64,000 nt of DNA from Paraspadella gotoi (lineage: Eukaryota; Animalia; Chaetognatha): contig CM119265.1 of the NCBI GenBank assembly GCA_051294375.1, positions 11,533,818-11,597,817 of the forward strand, written 5' to 3'. Of this stretch, positions 37,401-48,000 are shown one piece after another (position 1 is the stretch's first letter; every line of letters starts with the position of its first letter). A program made the translations under genes and the position numbers. The notes beneath the pieces were generated by a model that worked only from the letters and a program-made list of their open reading frames with translations, did not search any database and was not told the DNA's origin.

Positions 37401-40400
37401 GTAGACCGTTTTTTCTCGCTGGCCTGAAGCATATCCAGCTCCATCCTAAATTTTTTTCCAGCTCCGACTCCAGCTCCACTAAAAATTTTGAGACAGCTCC
37501 AGCTCCCCGCTCCCAGCTCCGACCCTTTAAAGTTTAATGATTAATGTTTGCTTATATTAAATTAGTTCTAATTTTATTAATTTACTTATTTGCTTATATT
37601 TAAATAAATAATAATTAATTAATTCATGTATGAAATCATTTGATAATTCATTTATTAATAATAATTATGTATTTTTTAATATTTAATGTATGAGAACACG
37701 ATTGTACTTAAATGTAGACAAGAGAGTATAAGAGAGTAAGAGATAAACATTTACTCCCCACATAATTAATAGTTTATTTACTTTATATAAAAATAACATT
37801 TATCTAAAATTTTACTTTTACATTTTAAAATATTTTGATTATTTATCAGGATTTTACTATCTTAGTTTAAGGCTCAGTATTTCATGAGTTATGCTGCATT
37901 GAATTCTGTTTCATGTGATCACCTTTTAAGGTGATCAAGAAAAGTAGGATACTTATGCACGTTAAAGGTCTTTACCTTAACCTTACCTTACCATCTGACC
38001 CCACCGACCGACATAAAAGGTGGCTACAGTTAGAGTAAGGGGAAGGTCTCACTCCCAATGCCAAGGAACCAAGGACAAACTTTAGCCCGCCTTGTCTTAA
38101 GGCAAGAAGAGGGCAGCCGGCAGACATATCAGGTCAGATGAAGTAGCCCAAGGCATTTTTCCAAGAGGTCCATAAAGTCTGGGAACTCAAGATCCAAATG
38201 ACCTATGACATGCCAATGACCCGGTCAAGTCGTCACTTGCTTTCCTTGTCCAGAAGCGGGGGGCCAGCTCTTTCTTCTCTTATTTTTTACTAACTCTCTT
38301 CTTTTTAATGTAGTTTATTGTTACTTTTACAATTTATTATTTAAAATGATAATGTTTGCAAACTTAAATTGTTAAATATATTAACTTATCTCAACTATCT
38401 CTTTCTTTATCCCTCACTCTTAGTACTTATTCTAAACCTGTCTTTAACCTCCCACTGTTTTTTCTTATTTTTTTTGGAAACCTCTCTCTCTCCCTCTTTC
38501 ACTTTTCACACACGCAAACCTTATAATTTGGCAAAAATTTTCACAAATGATTTATTAATTTTTTGCAGTCTAATGTTTAAAAATTTTCATTTTTTCTCCT
38601 TTTCAAAATAAATTTGTTGCATAAACAAAAACAAGAACGGTCATATCCAATGTTTTGCGCCACAGTGACTTTCTTTTCATGTGTATTTCCATGTGATCAC
38701 ATGATTAGAAAATTATTTAAAAACAAGTTTGAGCAAACAATGTCGGATCTGCCCACAATCATTATCGGTAATTAATTAATTAATTTATTTAATTAATAAT
38801 TAATTTATTCAAGTTAATTATTTAATTAATTATGAATTAATTTGATCCAAAATGTTTGTTTTGATTGATTAATTAACTGATTAATTAATTGATTAATTAA
38901 TTGACTAATTGATTAATTAATTAATTAATTATTTGATTAATTATTACATCTTGCATTTACATTTAAAATAAAAAGAAAAAGAAGCATAATCAATTAGTGA
39001 AACAGGTTCTTTGTTTTTCATTTAAACTCATTTCCACTCAACGATTCTATCGAAACTTGATTTCCAGTTTAATCACCACTTTTCTACCCAAATACAAAAT
39101 TTCAAGTCAATCGCCCATCCACTCATGAGTAATATTTTTTTGTTTTTTCCATTTAAACTCATTTCCACTCGGACGATTTCTATCGAAACTTCATATCCAG
39201 CCTCAATCAACACACTTCCCTACCACACACAAATTTCATTCCAATCCATCCATCCAATCACGAGTAATTGGTGTTTTTAGATGGTGGATTTGTGGATTGG
39301 TGAATTTAGATACTGTATTATATGGGGCATAATGCCCTGAGGCCAAAATTCGGAAAAATTATATTATTATTATTATATAATTATCTGAGTATATTATGCT
39401 GTATAAATAACATAGATTGATGGTTTATAAGTCGGGGACCTAATCCCGGTAATTGTATGGTACTGCAGCTTTAATTTTTTTTTAAATTTTTTTTTAAGAT
39501 ATAAAATTTTAAAGTACTAACTGATTTTGGCTTATTCTATAAATTTTATTTTTTAATTGAGAATTCCTTTTAAGGTATTTTAATAGGCCCACAAGGTACA
39601 AATTCTTTATATAATTAACTACAGAAGCTATAGAGGCTGATGATATAAATTGTAATTTTTTAAAATATAATTTTGTTAAAAAGAAAATAAAACTCCTTAT
39701 CTCTCTCTTTTATCACTGTTAGCTTTGGGGGCTCAGTATCGCCTCCAGTCACTGGCGCGGTTACCCTAGAACTGTCTCGCTTTGCCAACTCAAAAAGAAA
39801 TCGTTAGGACTGTGGATGGAACACAACGCCTGGGATGGTGTTTTCCCCCTCTGACCCAATGGGATTGGCTGAACGATGATGGACGTGAGGCGGTGTGAAT
39901 ATACCGCCACACTGTGATAATTTTCTATTAAAAAAAAAAAAAATTAGGCTCCCACAGCTGGAATTGTAAGTTGTGTCTCGAATACAAAAAAATTACTGGA
40001 AAATTCATTGCCTTTTTTCGAAATATTTTATTTTAATATTCATTCTGCTAATGGCCTACCATCATGAATATTTATCTCTATATTTGTCACGTCAATATGC
40101 TTAATTATATTATATTTAGAATTAGATTGTTTGAATTTTATGACGCGTCCACCAAGTCCCTGACAGTTTTTAACTATCGATCTTTTGCACACGAATTTAC
40201 GAATTCACACCTACGCTGCTTCAATCTTAGAATGCGACGAAGGAGGATCAAAGGTAAAATATATACTATTATATAGTATTTACTGTGTGTCCCAATGGTA
40301 CTTTCCATTAAAAAAAGCTTACTACTTGTGCTTACTACTAGTTACAAAAACTTTTTCAATATTTACATCACCTGCAGCGCTAGCTCATAGGTGGGCGAGA

Positions 40401-41841
40401 GAATAAGAACTTGCGGATGCGGTTGCGTAGGGTCGACCTTGTTGAGGGAGGCGATGGTGAAGGCCGCTGTTTTACCGGTTCCGCTTTGACTCTGAAAGGA
40501 GAACGAAGATTCACGTTTAGCGGTGTTGGAACAAAGACAACGAAAAAAAACAAGATCGGTTAATGTAAGGAACAAACTTGTCGTCGCCCCTTAATGCAAA
40601 CTTATGGTAGCCTAGGCTGTCTGTAAAATTAGTTCCTTAAATTAAGGCTTAATTCTCCCACGAGCGAGATTAAGAATTAAAATTGTAACGGACCTGCGCA
40701 ATAAGATTCTGTTTCGGATGTCCGAGAAGAAGAGGAAGGGCCGTCTCTTGAATCTTTGACGGTTGATTGTACCCCAAAGCGTAAATTCCTGTCGTTTTCA
40801 TGGAAACAATGCAGACCATATATTATCCTTAGAGTGAAAACGGGAATTTTCTTTCTCCCTTTCTTTCTCCGCACCCTTTAATAAATCCGGTCGAAGATTC
40901 AACTGATCAAAGGTTGAACAGGAGTAAAGCGGGGAGTTGGGATCCTTCCGTTGCACTTCCACGCTGTCCGTCACGAACTGATTCAAGACCGTATTCAAGT
41001 GTTTGTTCATCAACGAAATCTCTTCAGCCTTCGGGTGGTCCGTATCTTCCGTTCCCGCCACGACGTCCACAGCTGCAGCAGCCACTTGAGTCTTTTCCGG
41101 AGAAATGGCGGCATCGCGCTGCCGTGTGAAAAAATCGAGCGTGGAATCGGCGGCGGTGGCGAAAACGTCCAACTCTCCTCCGGGGCATTCTCCAGATCGG
41201 TTGGCCGCCAAATGAGCAAGACTCTCGTCCCTGAGCGTCTGTAGCTCGTGACTGGAGCAGGCCGAGAGTCTTTTGATCATGGCGAGTGAGGCTTGGGCCT
41301 TGGCCAATTTCTTGCTCGGCCTGGTCGACGTCTCCACGAGGGAGCCGCACGATACCTTGACGCTGACACCGAGGTGGGGCCTAGAGACGTCGAAATGGTA
41401 CTCCGGATATGGCAGGTGGTGGAGACGAATAAAGTCTAACAGCGCCTGGACGGGATGGTGCCCGCCCAAGTCCACAGAAGACGAAGATGAAGAGAGGGAA
41501 CGTGGAGTGACGTTGGAGAGCGGAGCCGGGGCTGGAGAAGGAACTGAGTGATCCACGGAAGGTACAAGGGCTTGCGTCAACGTTCGGGACAGTTTTTTAA
41601 AAGGGTCGGCGATGGGCGATGTCCTACTTCCAAAGAAGGGCGTCGACGTGGGAGCTGAAAAATCAGCAGAACCGAAGACGTTGGACGTTGGCGCTGGATT
41701 CGACAAGCTATACTGTGCGGCTGTCGCGGTTGTCGCGGCGGCTGCAGGGTTGGCCTTGATGGAAGAAATATCAGAAGAACAAAGTCCTCTCGCTTCCTGG
41801 AGATCGACGCTCGTCGCCCAATCGTCGTCGTCCAAAGCCAT
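28488..41841 (-). CDS. DDX19: DEAD-box mRNA export helicase DDX19/DBP5 (DDX19/DDX25 family), ~699 aa, with an extended N-terminus
   Basis: Exons 41841-40875, 40788-40694, 40491-40372, 33081-32902, 31878-31749, 29513-29309, 29042-28944, 28872-28717 and 28635-28488 total 2100 nt in an open frame. Motifs: [11 protein letters not shown]-motif [66 protein letters not shown]. Confidence 0.95.
29584..31745 (+). mobile_element. HINE-like element (ATCTCGCCAGA subfamily) filling DDX19 intron 5
   Basis: 5' AAAATCTTAAAAGTATAGCG-ATCTCGCCAGA (29605-29615). 3' TCTGGCAAGAT-AAAAA (31729-31745), ending 3 nt from the exon. Confidence 0.6.
29682..30461. mobile_element. hAT-like MITE with TAGAG...CTCTA termini and TAACCG/CGGTTA subterminal repeats; related half copy ends at ~45784
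   Basis: TAGAGTTCCGATAACCGTTAACAGTTAACGG is matched by CCGTTAACTGTTAACGGTTATCGGAACTCTA. No clean TSD seen. Confidence 0.7.
31906..32855. mobile_element. MITE with long (~200 bp) TIRs and TA target duplication (Tc1/mariner-like); right half also at ~1695-2100
   Basis: TA|CACGGTGACAATTTTACAAGC ... GCTTGTAAAATTGTCACCATG|TA. The arms are reverse-complementary over ~200 bp. Confidence 0.8.
34560..37402 (+). mobile_element. Decayed Ty3/Gypsy LTR retrotransposon internal region (gag-PR-RT-RH-INT, truncated) inside DDX19 intron 3
   Basis: Gag Cys motif [18 protein letters not shown]; protease [10 protein letters not shown]; [29 protein letters not shown] and VYLDDILV (~36141); RNase [17 protein letters not shown]; integrase [17 protein letters not shown] cut off at ~37402. 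Many frameshifts; no flanking LTRs recognised. Confidence 0.9.
37965..38270 (-). mobile_element. Putative short retroposon (SINE or LINE 3' fragment) with a (TAAGG)n-type tail
   Basis: GC-rich ~300-bp island in an AT-rich intron, bounded on one side by TACCTTAACCTTACCTTACC, a short tandem tail on the minus strand. Confidence 0.35.
39715..39911 (-). mobile_element. Diverged partial copy of the 255-bp LTR
   Basis: Same terminal GGCGGTGTGAATATACCGCCACA and internal hairpins as 23317-23571, with substitutions. Confidence 0.75.
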
Positions 41842-42020
41842 ATTTTCAAGTATTCCGAACCTTGAAATTTTGGTATAAAATTATAACACAAAATGGAAAT
41901 TACCCAGTAACTCGGAACGAAAAAATTAATTAGGCTAAAGATTTGAAAAGAGAACAGAGGGATTAACATATAAATGGCAACGAGAGTAAGAGCTTTTTTA
42001 AGAATAAAATCACTCATTCT

Positions 42021-45000
42021 TCAATGTTGCTCGTCGGTTTTCGGCGACAAACGCAAAACGAAGAGAGAATTGCCGGCGCAGGGGGCCCCAGCCGTCACCA
42101 CTGCGACGTCAGCGACGTCGGGGAAAGCGAGTCGAAAATCTCGGGCTAGTTGGAAAGGGTCCAGAATTTTGGCTCCGCGGGTGTGAGAGGGCGCCACGAA
42201 AAAGGCAGACTTGGTCCAGTTCGCGGCTGCGCCCAAGTTGGCCAATTCGGCTAGAACTTTAGCGGCGAAGGCATCGAAGTGAGGAACCAGACGGGGATTG
42301 GTCGGGAGGAGTAGGAAGGCCTCGTGCTTGCCCGGTCCGGGTCGAGCTGAGTAAAGGCGTCGGCGTAGAAGTCTGTGGAGGAGATGGCAAGATTTGTTGG
42401 CGTCGTCGTCGACGAAAAAATGATCCTAGAAAAGGAAGGATTTTTCAATGATTGTTTGAGATAAATAAATATTGAAGGCGTGAGGAAATAGAGGGGGAAA
42501 AAAAAGCATAAGGATCGTCGCAATCGCATAAGAAAAATCTGGATTGACGACAAATTTTGATAATAAAAAAAATAAAATTTGAAAAAAGAAAATTAATTTA
42601 TAAACAGAAATAAAAATTCTATTTTGCGAGTGTCAATTAAAAAAAATAATAAAGTACCGAGGAAAATTAAAGTTACAGTTTTTGAAAAAAGAAAAAAAAA
42701 ACAAACTTTTTCATTATCAAAAAATAAACTGATCAGCAGAAAAAAAAAAAAAAAATGGTAACATGCACAAATGCGATGAGAGAGAAGCCAAATCGTTTTC
42801 GGACAAATCAGCAGCAGCAGCAGCTGCACAGGCAGCCAGACAAAAAGAAAGCAGCAGAAGAAAAGAGAGAAAAAGAAAGAGCCCCTGCAGAGCCAGCTGC
42901 AGATACGTTTTTTTTCCAATGAATAAGCACTGGGGAAAAGAGAGAGAGAAAGCTACATAAAATTAGGAGTCTACGTCGTTCTTAGAGATCGAGGAAGACT
43001 TTTTCAATGGAGATTTTCGTTCAAATCTGACTACCAAACAATATAAACGCTCCTGGTAAAAATTCTGATAAAATATCGATGTAAAAACACTTGATTCCGA
43101 TCCTGTTGCATCTGAAGGGCTCGCATTTTTTTCCCTTGTCAAATCATCAACATCTTGATATCAAACAAGCCAGAACAAATACTGCTTCTGGACGGAAAAA
43201 TTTTCCATCTCTGATTTTATATAGAAATGAAAGGGATTTTTTTCCTTGAAAACGATATAAACGTGACTGAGGTATGTTCCTGTTCAACAAATGAGGTCCA
43301 ATTTTGGAATGCTTTGGCAAAGTGTCTGAAGGGCTCTCAAAATTTTTCTTTACATTTTATTAGGTTATTTTGATATGATACGATCATGGTAAAGTGAATT
43401 AGTTCATTTTGGTGAAATTTTTATTTAAAGTAAAAGTAAAAGAGCTAACGATCGGAATTCTAAGAGTTTTCAACCGGGAGTCAGATTCGGGAAAAATCTT
43501 CTATGGCGAAAATCTTCCAAAGAAGGGGTGAATTTTCCGAAGATTTTGGTTAATATTTTCTATATTTGTAGTCGGATTTTTTTGAAACTTAATATTGAAG
43601 AGACAGTAATTATTGTTATGAGTTAGTGACAGAACTGTTCAATATAAGCAGTCCCTGAGCTTCGGATCAGGCTGTAACACCATGTTACAGGCGGGTTAAG
43701 CGCCCCGTCCCTCTTAACTGTCAGACGACCACCGGGTTAGAACCCCGGACCTTTGGGTTGGGAGGTGAATGACTTGCCTCCGGCACCAATGGCCGCTGAT
43801 GAACGGTTGGTGGATTTTATTCACCATAATATTAACAATATTGCCATCATTCTACCTTGGCCGGTATAAGAATATATTAAAAAAGCCTCGGGCTTTGTTC
43901 GTCAGAGCTTAGTCCTAATATAAAGGAGAAAAGAGAGAGAAGGAGACATAAAAAAAATTTGTTTGTTTTGATAAAGGGTAAACAAAACATTTAATAACTG
44001 TCCTGACCCAATTTTAAGGATATCGATGATGAGAAGCTGTATATAAATTTTCAGCTTCATACACCCAAATTTAATCTTCAAAAAGGCGATCTATAATTTG
44101 GAACGCCGACGACGACGCCACTTATGTGCAAAACTACATTAATATCGTCGCAAACGCAAAGCAATTGCGACGATAAAAATGATGCCATCTTCAATGTCAT
44201 AGCACCTAATGTACATTGTACAAATCAAATTTTGGCCTGATCAAATAACACTTTTTCACATTTATGGAGTTTGTCTTAGATCTAATGGGTACAATATCCA
44301 TTTGCCAAAATTTTGTTTTTTGATTCAATTTGAAGATCATAGGAGGTGCTTGGGCTTCTAAATGAAAGTCGAGCCTCATGAGTTAAGTTATTTTGAAATA
44401 GTTTTACTACTCCAACGTGCGGTCCATCAAACGTTGAGGGGCTGATAAGTACTTGAAAGAATTTTTAAGAAATGCGATCTCTACTACATCTTCATTGCTT
44501 AATGTCGCGGGAATAGAGTAGGGTGGTGGGTGAGAAATGAGCTTAGAAGCTGCATTTTCAAATTGACTTTTCATTTGGTCCGGATTGGCCATTGCTTGAC
44601 CGTTGCAGGTTCATTTCTGGTACCGGTTTTATGTGTGTAGAGCATTTCTGAGCTGGGATTTAAAAAGGGAGAGAGAGAGATTTTGTTGTTGTTGGTGTCA
44701 CGACTTCGGCGTGGGCTTCTTTTTATATTGAATCGGATTTACAGGGAGCGAACTAGTTTGTCTTTTGTCTTGTGGAGCAATTTTGGGTCACGTGACGACG
44801 TGGCTCAGTGAGAAAGCACATGGTCGTCGGGAAAGTCCGGTAAACGATCTTTTGTTAAGTTTGGTGTCGTTTTTTTTTTTCAGGGAGGTCAGGCCGTTGG
44901 AATTTTAAAATTCTATTTTTAATAGTCTGGGAATATAGGATTGTTCGTATGAGCTTTAAATGAAGAAGAAATGTTTTTTTTGTTTATGTAGCTTTATTTA

Positions 45001-48000
45001 AATTTTCATGGAGATATGCCTTTTTTTAAGAGATGGAGATTTTTTTTTTGCACTCGGGCTACGTTTAAATGCTCTCCTGAATTCGCAAAATACTATTGTT
45101 TTTATACTATTCCTTATAACGGTTGAGACGAGAATCTCGCTTTAAAAAAAATTCAACATTTTTCTAATAGAGAGTTTCGTTCAAATCTGACTACCCAAAT
45201 TGCAAACGCGATTGCCAGAAATTCGGGTAGAAAACAGTTGTAAAAACGCAGGATTCCGATATTGTTACATCTGAAGAGCTTGTCCTATTCGTTTTATCAC
45301 ATTTTATGATGGATTTGATATCAAACAAGCCAGGGGAAATGCCAGGGGAAAAAAAATTGGGAGAAAATAAGAAAAATAAAAAAACACTGGAAGGGAAGAA
45401 AAAAAATGAAAAAGGTAAAAGAAAAGGGAGAAGAAAAGGGAGAAAAAAAGGAGAGAAAAAAAGGGGGAAAAGAAGGAGGGGAAAAGAGAGAAAGAAAAAG
45501 AAAGGTACAGAAGGAGATTAGTATAGAAAAAAGATTAAAAGGGTTGAAAATAACAAAGGAAAAAAATAGGAAAAAATGGAAAAGAGAGAGAGGTGAAAAA
45601 GAGAGGAGAATAAGAGAGGACAAGAAAAAATTATTTTTCTTTTAAAAAATCAAAGATTTTATACCAAAAAATAAAAAAATCATATTTAAAAATTAACCGA
45701 ATTTAACCGTTAAAATAAATAGATAGGTTAAAATTATTTTTAACCGTTAATAACCGTTAACTGTTAACGGTTATCGTAACCCTATCCAGAAGGAATTTGA
45801 TGTTTGTTTCTTGAAGGTAAGTTGAAGAGTGAACTCGTTCCCTCTCTCGTTTCTCTGCCGTCGGTTTCCTGAAGGAAGCCTCCTCTCTGATTGGTCAATC
45901 AGAAGAAAAGATGGAGAAGCCAAGAGGTAATCCATTCTCTAGGTTTGAGGGATCATGTATTCTTTCAGGGGTCCAGTTCTTTAATTTCTTGATTTTGTTT
46001 CTCATTTCTTGATTATAGACTGATAAGAGCAGGCTCGATTTTTGTATTGTTTCTTGTTAAGTTGATTCTTGCAAATGAAGTTTCTCCTTGGATTTTTCCA
46101 GCTGAAGTATCTCCAGCTTGAGTTTTCATATCTTTAGCATTGTCTTTGACAGTTAGTAAGTCGGTCTGCAGTTGAGAATCAGTCTTGGCAACATTGGTTT
46201 GAGTTGAAACATATTCAGAAATGATGGCGGTTGGTGTAGTTTGGGAAAAGAAGCTCGAGTTGAGTAGGGAATTTTAGTTCAAGTTGATTTATTGCAAATG
46301 GCCTTGGATCTTTTGGTCTGGGTTGAAGCATTAGCTTTGGTTAAATGGGTTTGAGTTGAGCTGGGGACAGTTTGGGTTTTTAAAGGTAAAGCGAACATGT
46401 TTGTATTCTGCACCAAATCAAGTAGATCCATTATATTCTTGTCCAGAATCTTGGGTTTGCATTATTAGTATGCAATCTTTTGGAAAAATTCATTAGGTTT
46501 TCTAAGATGCTAATATATTGTCCTTTGAGGTCAACAGAAGTGATTGGATCTTTATAGTTTATCGCGGCCATTTTCAGTGAGTTTTTATTGTGTATTTCAC
46601 AGTAAGGGTCTTGCTATTTCTGTATCTTTAAGGTTAACATCCAATATCAACTTTCACCATTTTCAGTTGCTGAGAAGAAGTGAGATTGAGAGACAGAAAA
46701 ATGGAGAGAGTTGAAGCGAGCTTGTTTTTAGTCGCCAAGTTCAAAGTTCGATGTTTAGATTTTAAAACTTCCAAGTTTCGGTTGAAAAAGAGCAAAGAAG
46801 TAGGATTTTGTTTCTAAAATTATGCAGTTTTTTGTAGTGGTTTTGTAAAATAAAATCCATTCTTTTTGGGAAGGAAGGTTTGCCCTATTTAGTTAATTTC
46901 CGAGTTTCTATTTTTGGTTGTTAATGCAGAAAGATAGTTTCTTTGGTAATTTCCACAGTTTTTTTGCTAAGGGTTCACACAGAAAACTTAATCCACGGGG
47001 AGCCGCGAAGAAGGCGCCACTTGTCTTGAGGGGTAATGAAGGCGTGAGGGAAAAAATCGTATATTTCGCGAAGAGGAGAAACTAAAGAATATATTGCTAG
47101 ACAAAATATACCAAGGGGCAGGAGGAAGAGGAAAGAAAAGGAAGAGGAGATTTGGACGGCAAGCAAAATCCTCTGCAAATCAATAGTAAAATCTTGTTAA
47201 AAAGGTAAAAAAACTATAATATTATTTCTTTCCTCTGAAATCCCTGACCGAAACCTACTTTCGGCGAAACTCCTAGGGTAATCTTGAACCCAGACGTTTC
47301 TTCCCCCAAGTAGTCGGCGATGGCGGCGGCCTCTCCGGCGGCATCTTTCACCGGCCAATCGATCAAATCCGGCGACGCCGATTCGGCCCTCTCCTCTTCC
47401 GGCGTCCAAGTGTGTGGTCGAGATGTTAACCGGCGCCGCGCCACGCCTTCGGGATCCACGACGTCGTCGAGGACGACGTAAACGGCGTTGGTCGCAGCGG
47501 CGAGGGCGTAGTCGTCGAAAAGAGTCACGTGGGAAACACGCAGTGCGGGAAAGGCGTTCCGGAGGCGCCGCGTCTCCTCGGAAAGTGTCTCCGCGTAACC
47601 GCCGAGGACGGCGGAGCGGTTTTCATCGGCGAGGTCGTCCATGCGGCGTGAGAGACCGTAGCCGCGAATGATTTCCGGGGCCACGTTGACGAAAATGAAA
47701 TCGTGGAGACGAGAGCGAAAAACGGCGGGGATCGAGGAGGAAGAGGAGGCAGACAAGGAGGAAGACTCTCGAAAAGTGCGAAAACTCTCGAGGGCGTGGT
47801 AGAGACTCAAATCAGGTGATATTTTTGGTCCGACGCACTCGGGCCACGTCAAAAATTGGGCGTCTGGAACCAAAGGGGCGTGTCGTGTCAGTCGCTCCTT
47901 CGAGAGAGACGTAGAGGACAAGAGCATGCAGAGAACGATGGGCGGAACGACGGGAGAAGGGGCCGAATTATCAAGGTTTTTTTCTCGTGAACTCATCTCG

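Larger units (their letters stand above)
42498..44179 (+). mobile_element. HINE-like element (ATCGTCGCAAT subfamily) with a nested transposon and SINE
   Basis: 5' AAAAGCATAAGG-ATCGTCGCAAT (42514-42524). 3' ATCGTCGCAA..ATTGCGACGAT-AAAAA (44144-44179). Confidence 0.65.

Noticed and set aside
44407-46975. Short ORF 44407-44592 and a degenerate coding-like stretch at 45790-46975
   Set aside because: Probably decayed transposon or LINE remnants, but no diagnostic motif could be identified.
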